Source of the DNA: Malacoraja senta
Lineage: Eukaryota
Direction: 5' to 3'
Assembly: GCA_038087875.1 (NCBI GenBank)
Contig: JAXLNO010000061.1
Coordinates: 248,001-305,353 of the forward strand
DNA length: 57,353 nucleotides
In this document: piece after piece, positions 12,111-25,192 of the stretch
Layout: each line of letters starts with the position of its first letter
How positions within the stretch are numbered: the stretch's first letter is position 1
Notes under the pieces: generated by a model
The model's database searches: none
Told to the model about the DNA's origin: nothing
Seen by the model: only the letters and a program-made list of their open reading frames with translations
Position numbers and translations under genes: made by a program

Positions 12111-15100
12111 ATTGTGATCATGGCTGATCGTCCTCTAACAATAACCCGTGCCTGCCTTCTCCCCATATCCCTTGACTCCAATAGCCCCTAGAGCTCTATC
12201 TTACTCTCTCTTAAATCCATCCAGTGACCTGGCCTCCACTGCCCTCTGTGGCAGGGATTTCCATAAATTCACAACTCTCTGGGTGAAAACGTTTTTTCTC
12301 ACTTCAGTCTTAAATGACCTTCCCTTTATTCTAAGACTGTGGCCCCTGGTTCTGGACTCGCCCAACATTGGGAACATTTTTCCTGCATCTAGCTTGTCCA
12401 GTCCTTTTATAATTTTATATGTTTCTATAAGATCTCCCCTCATCCTTCTAAACTCCAGTGAATACAAGCCTAGTCTTTTCAATCTTTCCTCATATGACAG
12501 TCCCGCCATCCCAGGGATCAATCTCGTAAACCTACTCTGCACTGCCTCAATCACAAGGATGTCCTTCCTCAAATTAGGAGACCAAAACTGTACACAATAC
12601 TCCAGATGTGGTCTCACCAGAGCTCTATATAACAGAGCCCTATACTGAAATCCTCTTGTTATGAAGGCCAACATTCCATTAGCTATCTTCACTGCCTGCT
12701 GTACCTGTAAGCCAACTTTCAGTGACCGGTGTACAAGGCCGTCCAGGTCTCGCTGCACCTCCCCCTTACCTAACCTAACCCCATTGAGATAATAATGCCC
12801 CCTTGTTTTTGCCGCCAAAGTGGATAATCTCACATTTATCTATATTATACTGCATCTGCCATGCATCTGCCCACTAACTCAACCTGTCCAGGTCACCCTG
12901 CAACCTCCTAACATCCTCTTCACAGTGCACAGTGCCACCCAGCTTTGTGTCATGGCTCCATAGTCCCCTTTGCTCAACTGTAATACTGATACTACTGATT
13001 TTCCATTCTCCCTCTCAAATTGTTGATTAAAACTTATCATATTATGGTCACTACCTCCTGATGGCTCCTTTACGTCGAGTTCTCTTATCAAATCCGGTTC
13101 ATTACACAACACTAAATCCAGAATTGCCTTCTGAAGGACAAAGGCAAAGGACAAAATACATTTATTGTCACATACACCAACTGGAGTCGTGAAATTTGAG
13201 TTGCCATTGCAGCACACCAATAAAATATACTTTATAGAATTTAACATTAAAGATAAAAACATCCCCCCACAGCGGGTCAATGTTTCCCACTGTGAGGGAC
13301 GGCAGCAGAGTTCAGTCCTCTTCCTCTTGTTCACCCGTGGTCAGGGCCTATCGAGGCCTATGGCGGCCCGATGTTTCAGGCCGTCTTGCCGGGATGATGG
13401 AACTCCGGCGTCGGAAGAACAGTCTCGGCGGCTTGGAGTTTTGAAACGTCCGCTTGCTACCGGAGATCGCGGCTCCAGAAGTCCACAGGCCGCACTGGGC
13501 GGAGCTCCAACACTGGCGATCTTGGCGAAAGATCCCAGGCTCCGTGGTGTTTAAAGCCAGCGCCGCCCGTGGCTGGACGCTCCGCAGACCACAGCTCCAC
13601 GATGTTGAAGTCGGCAGTCCCACCACTCCGGAGCTCCAACACGGCGACCCGGGTAAGGCATCGTCCGATCCGCGATGGTACCTCAGTGTTGCGCCACGGT
13701 TGAAGCTGCAGCTCGAAGCAGGAAAGGCCACGCCAATCCAGGTGGTAGGAGGGGGCGAAGATGCGGCTCAGAGGAAGGACGCATCCTCGCCCAGGTAGGG
13801 TCTGGATTAAAAAGTTTCCCCCCCCCCCACATAAAAAGACTAAAAGGCCTCCAGGTGAAAACTTTTTAACAAACTAAATTTTTTTTTTAAAGGATGAAGT
13901 ATGAACAGCTGCAGGCGAGGCTGCCACACTCTATGGCACCACCACTCAATCTGGTAGGCTCCAGTACAAGCTGCTCTAACAATCCATCTTGGAGGCTCTC
14001 CACAAACTCCCTTTCTTGGGGTCCAGTACCAATCTGATTTTACCAGCCTACCTGCATGTTGAAATCTCCCATAACCACCTTTGCTACATGCCAATTTTAA
14101 CTCTTGATTCAACTTGCACCCTATACTACTGTTTGGGGGCCTGTAGATAACTCTCATTAGGGTATTTTTACCCTTACAATTCCTTAATGCTATCCATACT
14201 GACTCTACATCTCTTGTTTCAATGTCACTTAATTTCATTCCTCACAAACAGAGCTACCCCACCGCTTCTGCCCACCTGTCTGTCTTTTCGATAGGACATA
14301 TACCCCTGAATATTCAGTTCCCAGCCCTGGTCCTCTTACAGCCATGTCTCTGTAATTCCCACAACATCATACTTGCCAATTTCTAACTGAGCCTCTAGCT
14401 CGTCCACTTTATTTCTTATACTTTGTGCATTCATACATAATACTTTTAAACCATTACTCCCCTCAACTTTAACATCGATTCCTATTTCACTTGGCCATGC
14501 TCTCCTATCCCTTCCTGAGTTTTCTGCCCCGTTAATTCTGGTGTCTTTCTTAACGTTTCTTATATTCTCTTTCCCTTTAACTCCATTCTGAAAGCTCCAG
14601 TTTGTCTCCTCCCCCCCCCCCCACTATTTAGTTTAAACCACCCGTGTAGCAGTGGCAAACCAGCCTGCCAGTATGCTGGTCCCCCACCTGTTAAGATGCA
14701 ACCTGTCCTTTTTAGACAATAGACAATAGGTGCAGGAGTAGGCCATTCGGCCCTTCGAGCCAGCACCGCCATTCAATGCGATCAAAGCTGATCATCCCCA
14801 ATCAGTACCCCGTTTCTGCCTTCTCCCCATATCCTCCTACGCTATTTTTAAGAGCCCTATCTAGCTCTCTCTTGAAAACACCCAGAGAACCTGCCTCCGC
14901 CGCCTTCTGAGGCAGAGAATTCCCCAGACTCACCACTCTCTGTGAGAAAAAGTGTTCCTTGTCTCCGTTCTAAATGGCTTACTCCTTATTCTTAAACTGT
15001 GGCCCCTGGTTCTGGACTCCGCCAATATCCGGAACAAGTTTCCTGCCTCTAGCATGTCCAAACCCTTAACAATCTTATATGTTTCAATGAGATCCCCTCA

Positions 15101-16031
15101 CACCCTTCTAAACTCCAGAGTGTACAAGCCCAGCTGCTCCATTCTCTCTGCATATGACAGTCCCGCCATCCCGGGAATTAATCTTGTAAACCTACGCTGC
15201 ACTCCCTCGATAGCAAGAATGTCCTTCCTCAAATTAATCTGTACCATTCACCCTCTCCCAAAACAGATCCCAGTGGTCTAAGAATCTAAATCCCTGCTCC
15301 CTGCACCAGTTCCTCAGCCACACATTCAGATCCCCTATCTCGCTGTTCATGCCTACACCAGCACGAGAATTGGAAGCAAACCAGGGATAACCAAGCCGGA
15401 GGTCCTGCTTTCCAGCCTTCTTCCAAGCGCTCTAAAGTCACGCTGCAGAATGTCTTTCCTCTTCTTCCCGACGTCATTTGTTGCTGGCATGCACTACTAC
15501 ATCCGGCTGCTCACCTTCACCCTTGAGGATGCCCTGCAATCGGTCCGTGACATCCTGGATCCTGGCACCAGCAAGCCAACACACCATCCTTGAATCCAAC
15601 CTGTTGCTGCAGAAACCCTTGTCTGTACCACTCATGATGTGCTCCCTGACTACCATGGCTCGGCCTGTTGTCTGCCTCTTCGGCTTTGCTTCAGCACCAT
15701 ATTTTGACTCGCAGACCTGTCCGCCGCTCAGGCTGGCAGTGTCTTCTATCCCGACAGCTTCCAAGAGGGTGAACCTTTTTTCAAGAGGTACATCCCCCGG
15801 GGTCTCCAGTACTCCAAGCTTCCTTCCCTTCCTCATCGTCACCCACCTTCTATCTTCCAGTATCTTCGGTGTAACAATCTCACTGTAGGACCTGTCCAGG
15901 AAACTCTCGTTTTCCCAGATGATCCGGAGGTCATCCACTTGCTTCTCCAGGGCCCCAACACGGTCCTTCAGGAGCTGAACCTGGACACACTTTCCACAGT
16001 TGTAGCAGCCAGAAGGCTGCCGATGATCCAA
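12100..16031 (-). mobile_element. Long degraded CR1 (esterase ORF1 at 15260-16031, EN, internal deletion, RT C-terminus) with nested inserts
   Basis: GCYNCGKC, MVCWLAGARIQDV and VVVHASN in ORF1; ESVWIALRNCKGK in [17 protein letters not shown]. Confidence 0.85.
13140..13945 (-). mobile_element. GC-rich non-autonomous retroposon (family copy 2)
   Basis: TTTATTGTCAC 3' end; shared TTCCCACTGTG, AAGGCATCG, CCAGGTAGGG and CCCCCACATAAAAAG motifs. Confidence 0.6.
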
Positions 16032-16269
16032 TGATCTCGTAGAAAACCCATGTGGTCACAGGGTGAATGTAAAACTCCGTACTGACAGCACCATAGTCAG
16101 GATCGGACCAGTAGTCAGGATCTCCGTGGCTGCAAGCGCTGTAAGGCAGCAACTCTACCGCTGCGCCATCGTGCCCCCGTAGTCAGGATGGAACCTGGGT
16201 CTCTGGTGTGACAAGGCAACTGTGCTCATTTTTCTCCTTTCAGTGTCAATGTGCAGGGAAATTGAAGCA

Positions 16270-16895
16270 AAGCTGAAGAAGGGTTCTGACCTGAAACTTC
16301 ACCTATCCATGTTCTTGCGAGATTCTGCCTGAGCTACTCCAGCCTGGTCTGTCTGAAACATCACCTATCCGAATTCTTCAGAGATGCTGCCTGACCCGCA
16401 GAGTTACTCCAGCACTCTGTGAAACGTCATCTATCCATGTTCTCCAGAGATAGAAACATAGAAACATAGAAAATAGGTGCAGGAGTAGGCCATTAGGCCC
16501 TTCGGGCCTGCACCGCCATTCAATATGATCACGGCTGATCATCCAACTCAGTATCCTGTACCTGCCTTCTCTCCATACCCCCTGATCCCTTTAGCCACAA
16601 GGGCCACATCTAACTCCCTCTTAAATATAGCCAATGAACTGGCCTCAACTACCTTCTGTGGCAGAGAGTTCCAGAGATTCACCACTCTCTGTGTGAAAAA
16701 TGTTTTTCTCATCTCAGTCCTAAAGGATTTCCCCTTAATCCTTAAACTGTGACCCCTTGTCCTGGATGCTGCCTGACCCGCTGAGTTACTCCAGCACTCT
16801 GTGAAACGTCACCTATCCATGTTCTCCACAGATGCTGCCTGACCCGCTGAGCTACTCCAGCATTATGTGTCTTCATCTGCAGTTCATCTTTCTAC
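16270..16895 (+). repeat. Tandem Penelope-LTR-derived units (~62 bp) interrupted by a CR1 3' end (16450-16765, -)
   Basis: GATGCTGCCTGACCCGCTGAGTTACTCCAGCACTCTGTGAAACGTCACCTATCCATG repeated 3-4 times. Confidence 0.7.
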
Positions 16896-17319
16896 AAGTA
16901 GAAGTACTAGCTGTTCAGAACAGAAGAGAATGTCAGAGAATAATGTAATGGAATAACGGCAAACCAGCAGATTCCAATTCCATCCAGGAAACTCAGTAGT
17001 TGATCAACGTCCTCCAGGAAATTCCAAATGCCTGATCCATGTTAATTTAATAATTTGTAAACTAATCTGACAAATCACACAGTAGCACATCCAATCGCTG
17101 TGACATTCTTGACAAGTAATTGAGAGATAATTTGCCAGACCTTTCACCTCTGAGCCAAGCACAGAGCACATTGTGACCATCAGCCACTGTAGCTTTCATC
17201 CAGTGACAAAGCACATGGTTTCTTTATTGTCACGTGTACCAAGTAGAGTGAAATACAATTGCAACACACAGCTCAGCAAGACTATCACAGTACATCATTA
17301 AATCCAGCAGTCATCATCA

Positions 17320-17865
17320 GATACAGGGGAGGTGCCGGGAGACTGGAGGGTGGAAAATGTTGTGTCTCTATTCAAGAAGGGCGGCAGAGAGCTTAACATA
17401 TGTAGTTAGAAAGTTACTAGAGTATTCTGAGGGATAGGATATACAGCCATTTAGATGGACGAGGGCTGATTGGGCATAGTCAGCATGGTTTTGTATGTGC
17501 GACATCATGTCTCACAAATCTGATACCATATTTTGAAGACGTGTCCAAAAAAGGCGATAAGGGCAGAGCTGTAGATGTTGTATACATGGACTTCAGCAAA
17601 GCATTCGACAAGGTTCCACATGGTAGACTGCTCTAGAAGGTTAGATTGCATGGGATCCAAGGAGAGATAGCTGAATGGATAGCAAATTGGCTTCATGGAA
17701 GGAAGCAGAGGGTGATGGTAGAAGGTTGCTTCTCAGAATGGATGCCTGTGACTTGTGGTGTGCATCAGGCTTCGGTGCTGGGCCCGTTCCTGTTTGTCAT
17801 CTATATCAATGACTGGATGAGAATATACAGGGCAAGAATTTCAAGTTTGCAGTTGATACAAAATG
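17320..17865 (+). mobile_element. CR1 RT fragment
   Basis: [41 protein letters not shown]. Confidence 0.85.
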
Positions 17866-18435
17866 GGTGGACAAAAATGCTGGAGAAACTCAGCGGGTGA
17901 GGCAGCATCTGTGGAGCGAAGGAAATAGGCGACGTTTAGGGTCGAGACCCTTCGTCAGACTGATGTGAGCATGGGGGGGGGGGCGGGAAGAAGAAAGAAA
18001 GAGGTGGAGACAGTGGGCTGTGGGAGAGCTGGGAAGGGGAGGGGAAAGAAGGAGAAAGCAAGGACTACCTGAAATTGGAGGTCAATATTCATACCGCTGG
18101 GGTGTAAACTGCCTAAGCGAAATATGAGGTGCTGCTCCTCCAATTTATGGTGGGACTCACTCGAGCCATTGAAGAGGCCCAGGACAGAAAGGTCGGATTC
18201 GGAATTGGAGGCGGAGTTGAAGTGCTGAGCCACTGGGAGATCAGGTTAGTTAGTGCGAACCGAGCGGAGGTGTTGGGCGAAGCGATCGCCAAGCCTACGC
18301 TTGGTCTCACCGATTTAGAGCAGCTGACATCTAGAGCAGCGGATGCAGTAGATGAGGTTGGAGGAGGTGCAGGTGAACCTCTGCCTCACCTGGAAAGACT
18401 GCTTGGGTCCTTGGATGGAGTCAATGGGGAAGAGT
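17865..18435 (-). mobile_element. Penelope 3' end (GIY-YIG endonuclease C-terminus plus pseudo-LTR)
   Basis: FTCTSSNLIYCIRCSRC, IGETKRRLGDRFAQH, KLEEQHLIFRLGSLHPSGMNI. Confidence 0.85.
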
Positions 18436-19559
18436 TGGGTGAAGCGGTCGCCAAGCCTATGCATGAATGAAAGAAAAAGTATATTGGCCAAGTATTCACA
18501 TACAATTTACCTTGATGCTCCATCCACAAGTGACAACATGACATACAGTGACAGTTAAGAATAATACTTAAAACATTAAACATTAATAATAAAACATTAT
18601 TGATGTAAGGGGGAGGTGCAGCGAGACCTGGGTGTCCTTGTACACCGGTCACTGAAAGTTGGCATGCAGGTACAGCAGGCAGTGAAGAAAGCTAATGTTG
18701 GCCTTCATAACAAGAGGATTTCAGTATAGGAGTAAATAGGTTCTTCTGCAGTTGTATAGGTCAGACCACATCTGGAGTATTGTGTACAGTTTTGGTCTCC
18801 TAATTTGAGGAAGGACATCCTTGTGATTGAGGCAGTGCAGCGTAGGTTCACGAGGTTGATCCCTGGGATGGCGGGACTGTCATATGAGGAAAGATTGAAA
18901 AGACTAGGCTTGTATTCACTGGAGTTTAGAAGGATGAGGGGGAATCTTATAGAAACATATAAAATTATAAAAGGACTGGACAAGCTAAATGCAGGAAAAA
19001 TGTTCCCAATGTTGGGCGAGTCCTGAACCAGGGGCCACAGTCTTAGAATAAAGGGGAGGTCATTTAAGACTGAGGTGAGAAAAAACGTTTTCACCCAGAG
19101 AGTTGTGAATTTGTGGAATTCCCTGCCACAGAGGGCAGTGGAGGCCAAATCACTGGATGGATTTAAGAGAGTTAGATCGAGCTTTAGGGGCTAGTGGAAT
19201 CAAGGGATATGGGGAGAAGGCAGGCACGGGTTATTGATAGGGGACGATGAGCCATGATCACAATGAATGGTGGTGCTGGCTCGAAGGGCAGAATGGCCTT
19301 CTGCACCTATTTTCTATGTTTCAAACATGTGAATTAAATAAAATACCAGAGCAAAAGGAGGCTACAGATTTTTGGTTATTGAGCTTCTACTCGTGGCAAA
19401 AAAATGTACTTATGTACAAGATAAAAGATACATTTATTTGTCACATGTACCAATTGGTAGAGTGAAATGTGTGGTCGCCATACAGCCATACGAATAATAA
19501 AGAACACAGAACACGATAGACTTTAACACAGACATCCCCACACAGCAAGATCAATGTTT
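18317..19559 (+). repeat. Direct repeat copy 1 (1243 bp) left of L1; composite of Penelope, CR1 3' end and retroposon tail
   Basis: Near-identical to 25193-26442 (scattered substitutions and one 7-bp indel). Confidence 0.95.
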
Positions 19560-20548
19560 TTTTTGTTTTTTTTTTAAATTATTTTTATTAGAAGTACGGT
19601 AAATTACAGTAATACACAACACTTATATCTTAATACATTTTTTATACCGCTTCATTTTTTTGAGCTTTAAGAGAAAGATAGAAGTAAGAAAAGTAAAGAA
19701 AGTGCGCAAGAGTCGTGAGGTGCAAGAGAGTGTTGTGAAAAGAAAGCCCCTTAGAAAAGAAGTTAGAGAAGGAAGTAAAGTAAGAAAGTAGATCCTAGAA
19801 AAGAAAGAAAAAGAAAGTAGGAACAATCGCAGAAAGGGAACCACCGACCAAGTCTGTTTTTATTGTTTTACCTCCCATTACCAGGTCCTGATACCATTCT
19901 TTATTTATTTATTTTTTAAATTACTATTGCACCTCATGCTTGTAATAGGTCCAAAAACGTAGACCACGTCTTTTGGAATTGGTCTGCTTTCCCTGCTAAG
20001 AGGAATCTCATCTCTTCCAGATGTAATGTTTCCAACATATTTGATGTCCACATTTTTATTGTTGGTGTGGGCGCATTTTTCCAGAATTTAAGTATGAGCC
20101 TTTTTCCCATTATTAGCCCGTAATTGAATAAGTTCTTCTGATACACGTTTAATTCAGGGATACCTTCCGATATTCCAAAAATGATCCATTCTGGTTTTGG
20201 TACCAGTTTTATTTTAATTAATTTTGAGAAAATATCAAATATTTCATACCAAAAATTTTGGATTTTTGTACAAAAAACAAAAGAATGCGCTATGGTAGCT
20301 TCTTGAGATAGACATTTATCACAGATTGGTGAAACATTAGGAAAGATTTTATTTAATTTAGTTTTTGAATAATATAGTCTATGTAATGTTTTGAATTGGA
20401 TGAGCGTATGTCGTACGTTGATCGAACATTTATGCACCTGTAGTAAGTGGTTATCCCAGCTCTCTTTTGAAATTTTTTTATAGCTAATTCTTGTTCCCAG
20501 TCTCTTCTAATTCCTTCTGTTGTGGGTATTTCTATGTTTAAAATGATA

Positions 20549-22702
20549 TTATATGTACGATATTAGATTAGCTGATTCCGCCTTTGTCTTCATTGCTTCA
20601 TCTAGTAAGTCGGAAGGCATATTATGATAGTCTTTTGTGTATTTTTTCAGGTAATCACGAATTTGTAGATATTTAAAATATTGATTATTTTTCAGATTAT
20701 ATTTCAGTTGTAGTTGTTGAAATGATAGTAATTTTTCCAATTCATACAGATCTTCGAGCGTTTTGATTCCCATTCTTTCCCATTGTATAAATGATTTGTC
20801 TATGGTTGAAGGTTTAAACGATGGGTTATTAACTATTGGTATTGAGAGAGATAGGTTTCTTAATTTTAGATTCTGTTTTATTTGTTTCCGTGTTCTAATT
20901 GTGCTATTTATAATTGGGTTTTTATTATAATTTTTATTATTCAAATTTATTGGAGAGAGAATAATCGCTCCTATATTACTCGGGGAACAGTCCTCTTTTT
21001 CCATTATAATCCAGTCCACCTGCTGGGCAGAATTGTCCAGCAGGTGAATCATATTTTTAATATTTACTGCCCATTTATAATACATAAAGTTAGGGAGCGC
21101 GAGACCCCCCAACTCTTTTCGTTTATTAAGGTGTGCTCTTTGTATTCTATGGGATTTATAATCCCATATAAAATTTGTAATGTCTGAGTCCAATTTTTTG
21201 AAAAAAAAATTTGGGAGATATATAGGTATTGATTGAAATAGGTATAGGATTTGTGGTAAGAAAATCATTTTTATAGCATTTATTCTGCCTATTAAGGACA
21301 TCGGAAGTGTTTTCCAGAATTTAATCATATTATTTAATTTCTTAAGTAAGGGATTATAATTGGCTTTAAACATATCCTGGTAATTTCTAGTAATTTCAAT
21401 TCCCAAATATTTGAATTTTTCTATAGCTATTTTAAAGGGGAATTTCCTGAGGTGTGTTGAGTCTTTTGGTTTTATCGACATAATTTCACTTTTGTTCCAG
21501 TTTATTCTATATCCTGAAAAGGATCCAAAGTCCTCAATTAAATTTAATATATTTGGTATACTAATTTGTGGTTTTGTGATGTACAATAGTACGTCATCGG
21601 CATATAAGGATATTTTGTTATTTGAATATTTTGTATTATAACCGTAAATATCCATGTGTGTTCTTATTTTTTCAGCAAGGGGTTCAATTACTAAAGCAAA
21701 TAACAGCGGTGATAATGAACATCCTTGTCTATTGCCCCTTGATAGTTCAAATTTCGAGGATAATATATTATTAGTTAGTATTCTAGCCGTAGGTTTGTTA
21801 TATAATAGTTTTATCCATGTTATGAAGTTCTCTCCCAATTGGAATTTTTGCAATACTTTAAACATATAGTCCCATTCTACTTGATCAAACGCTTTTTCTG
21901 CGTCCAATGAGATGATAGATAACTCTTGGTCCTGAGATTTATGCGAGTGCATTATGTTAAGCAAACGTCTCAAATTATTAAATGAATGTCTCTTAGGTAT
22001 AAATCCTGTTTGATCCTCATTTATTAGTCTACTAACATACCTGCTTAGTCTACTGGCTAGTGTTTTCGCTATTATTTTTTGATCCGTATTTAACAAAGCT
22101 ATAGCTCTATAGGATCCTGGTTCTTCTATATTTTTATCTTTTTTAAGTATTAATATGATCGTTGATTCTGCTAGTGTTTCAGGTAAGTTTTGCTCTTTAA
22201 AAGCATGTGTATACATTTTCTGTAATCGTGGAGTAACTATGTCATAAAAAGATTTATAAAATTCATTACTGAATCCGTCTGGTCCTGGTGTTTTTCCATT
22301 CTTTAGTGTTTTTATTGTGTCTTCTATCTCCTTAGAAGTAATTTGTGCTCCCAGTTCCTCTTGTTCCCTCAGTTCTAATTGTGGTAGGTTACAGTTATCT
22401 AAAAATTCTGAGATTTTATTATTGTCTATTAATGTTTCAGATGTGTATAGATTCTGGTAAAATTGAGCAAATCTTTTATTGATATCCTTGGGTAGTGTTA
22501 ATAATTCCCCTCTGTCTGATTTAATCTTTAATATTGCATTCTCTTTTTCCCGTTTTTTCAGTTGCCGTGCTAAGAGTTTATGGGGTTTGTCCCCGAATTC
22601 GAAGTGTTCTTGTTTTGTGATTTGAAATAATGTTATAACTTTCTCTGACAGTAATTTATTTAGCTTGAATTTCAATAGTAGGATTTTATTATGTTTATGC
22701 AT
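20549..22702 (-). CDS. L1 ORF2 reverse transcriptase, largest open segment (717 aa)
   Basis: PGPDG, YRAIALLNTD, QTGF, SLDAEKAFD and LYADD motifs. Confidence 0.9.
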   Translation of the reverse strand: MHKHNKILLLKFKLNKLLSEKVITLFQITKQEHFEFGDKPHKLLARQLKKREKENAILKIKSDRGELLTLPKDINKRFAQFYQNLYTSETLIDNNKISEFLDNCNLPQLELREQEELGAQITSKEIEDTIKTLKNGKTPGPDGFSNEFYKSFYDIVTPRLQKMYTHAFKEQNLPETLAESTIILILKKDKNIEEPGSYRAIALLNTDQKIIAKTLASRLSRYVSRLINEDQTGFIPKRHSFNNLRRLLNIMHSHKSQDQELSIISLDAEKAFDQVEWDYMFKVLQKFQLGENFITWIKLLYNKPTARILTNNILSSKFELSRGNRQGCSLSPLLFALVIEPLAEKIRTHMDIYGYNTKYSNNKISLYADDVLLYITKPQISIPNILNLIEDFGSFSGYRINWNKSEIMSIKPKDSTHLRKFPFKIAIEKFKYLGIEITRNYQDMFKANYNPLLKKLNNMIKFWKTLPMSLIGRINAIKMIFLPQILYLFQSIPIYLPNFFFKKLDSDITNFIWDYKSHRIQRAHLNKRKELGGLALPNFMYYKWAVNIKNMIHLLDNSAQQVDWIIMEKEDCSPSNIGAIILSPINLNNKNYNKNPIINSTIRTRKQIKQNLKLRNLSLSIPIVNNPSFKPSTIDKSFIQWERMGIKTLEDLYELEKLLSFQQLQLKYNLKNNQYFKYLQIRDYLKKYTKDYHNMPSDLLDEAMKTKAESANLISYI

Positions 22703-24176
22703 AGTTGGGTCTTTAGCATTATCTGTATCTAATTGTTTTATTTGTTCTTCTAAATGTCTTTGTTCATTCTTATTCTTTTTATTTTGATAAGCTTGGAATG
22801 AAATAATGACTCCTCTAATAAATGCTTTGAAGGATTCCCATAATAGCGTGGGGGAAATATCTGGTGTATCATTTATCTAAAAAAATAGATCCATCTGTTT
22901 TTTTAGATATATACTCCCTTGTGGGTCTTTTAAAATTTGCGAGTTAAACCTCCAGAACGATTTATTCATAGACATTCCTTCTAGTTTTAAAACAAAAGTT
23001 AACAGAGAGTGGTCTGAGATCGCATTAGTGTGGTATTTAGCGTTCATAGTGTGCGGAATTAATTTTGTATCCACAAGAAAGTAGTCTATCCGTGAGTATG
23101 TTTTATGCACCGTTGAATAAAACGAATAATCCCTTCCCGTCGGGTTTGCAATCCTCCACACATCTGCTATATTTGTGTTTTCCATATATGTATGTAAAAG
23201 TTCACTGGTTTTAGATTTCATATTACCTTTTTGTTTTTGCATCGATTTATCTAGATAAGGGTCTAAAACACAGTTAAAGTCTCCTCCAATTATAACATTT
23301 TGAAAATTAAATTCTGCAATTATATTCAGAATTTTATTAAAAAATTGAGGGTTATCGAAATTGGGCGCGTATATATTTACCAGCGTAATTGGCGTATTAT
23401 TGATCTCTCCTGCTACTATAAGGTATCTCCCTTCCTTATCTAAAATAGTATTCTTTGATTTAAATGGAATTCCTTTACGAATGATGATTGCAGTGCCTCT
23501 AGATTTGGAGGTGAATGAAGAGTGAAATGTTTGTCCTATCCAGTTCGCCCTCAGTCTCGTCTGATCTTGATGTTTAAGATGCGTTTCCTGTAGAAACGAA
23601 ATGTCCGTGTTGTATGATTTCAACTGAGCTAGTATCTTGCTCCTTTTAATAGGTTCATTAATACCCCTTATATTCCAGCTACATAGTGTGATTCCTCCCA
23701 TTTTCTTTTGATTATCATCATACATTTTTACCAATTTTAATGATCTTATTTATTATGGTGCATTCATACCTCAGGACTCTGGTTATTTTGGGGGCATTTC
23801 TATTATAGACTTCCTTGGTAGTTCTCCTCCGCGATTGTCCTTGGAAAGAAAACACATAGATGTGACGTATTGTGATAAAAATAAAAAATAAAAGTATATC
23901 AAATAAGTGTACGGTGTCTGAGATTTCAACACCGTAGTGAGTGTCCCACTCGTCTGTGGGGTACGACATCTATATTGCTTCCGGCGTAGATGTTATGACG
24001 TTAGCCCCGCTGCCTTTATTACCCAAAACCTAGGGGGTCTGTACCGTTTCCAAATCAGTTCTATTTCACCCTAGTTACAGTATATATATATATGTTTCAT
24101 TCCGACTTCAATTGTATTCAGTTACATATATTCCTCACTCTTTATCTCTTAACTATTTTGAATTGGTTTTAGTATT

Positions 24177-24426
24177 GTTAAAAGTGAGCTGTTCGCTGAA
24201 AGGGTTAACCGGAGTCAGGCTCCTGGAGTTATGCCAGGTGCCTAGTCTCCTCCCCTTTCCACTCGAGCTGCGGAACATATGTGTCTGCGTTATAAGGCAG
24301 TTAAAAGTGAGCTGTTCGCTGAAAGGGTTAAACGGCTCCTGGAATTATGCCAGGTGCCTAATCTCCTCCCCTCCCCACTCGAGCTGCGGAACATATGTAA
24401 TTATTGTTGTCTGTGTTATAAAGCAG
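24177..24426. repeat. Two tandem ~123-bp units in the L1 inter-ORF spacer
   Basis: GTTAAAAGTGAGCTGTTCGCTGAAAGGGTTAA at 24177 and 24300. Confidence 0.85.
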
Positions 24427-25192
24427 GCAACACATTTTTATCAGTTTCAATTGCTATTTCTATATTAGTATTGTTAATTATTAATTATTATTGATTCTCA
24501 ATATTTTATAAAACTATATAAGCCATGTGATGTTTTTCGCTCTCAGCACATCAGATCGTCAGTCCCATGTTATCAGTCTTTCCTCGTTTGAGCACAGAGT
24601 GTCCTTGAGTTAGATGCCACAATGTTCAAGGGGAGATAATAATGTCTAGACACGTCTCCTGGAAAATCTGTTGCGTGTGGTAAATTTAAAAGATTGATGT
24701 TCAGTTATTCACTTTTCTTGTGATATTCTTGATGGGGGAATAAACAAATTAATTTGTTCGTGACGTCTTGGTGATCAATCTTCACTTGTTGCTGCCTTGG
24801 CCACGATTTCTTGAGCGTATTTAAGAGATCCTGCCGGGTTAATGAATGTTTTTGACTTTCCCATGAAAGTAATACGCATCCTGGCCGGATAATACACTCC
24901 ACACATGACACCCTTGACACCGTAAAGAACTTCTCTGGTCTGTGAGAACTTTCTTCTCTTTTGCACAATCTCGTAAGGGTAGTCCCGTAGGAGTTTAATA
25001 GAATCATTTCTGTACATCACCTCCTCTCCGTATTTGATTTTTTTCATCAGCGCTTCCATTGTTGGAATATCCCGAAGTTTAACTATGATCTGTCGTGGGT
25101 AGGCATGTGCTCCTTGAGATCTTGGTTTAAATCTGGGTAGTCGATGTGCTACTTCAATTACAGGTGCCTCAGGTAGTTTGAGTACGTGTTTA

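Larger units (their letters stand above)
19560..25192 (-). mobile_element. L1 (fish-type) LINE, 5'-truncated in ORF1; ORF2 nearly intact
   Basis: ORF1 C-terminus 24775-25192 (IEVAHRL, RQIIVKL); APE endonuclease 22877-23734 (SWNIRG, LQETH, GGDFN, SRIDY, SDH); RT 20549-22702 (SLDAEKAFD, RQGCSLSP, LYADD); Cys-rich C-terminus 19934-20437; poly(A) read as T-run at 19557-19574. Confidence 0.95.

Noticed and set aside
13905..13945. Possible HDV-like ribozyme at the 5' end of the GC-rich retroposon
   Set aside because: Could not build the nested double pseudoknot by eye
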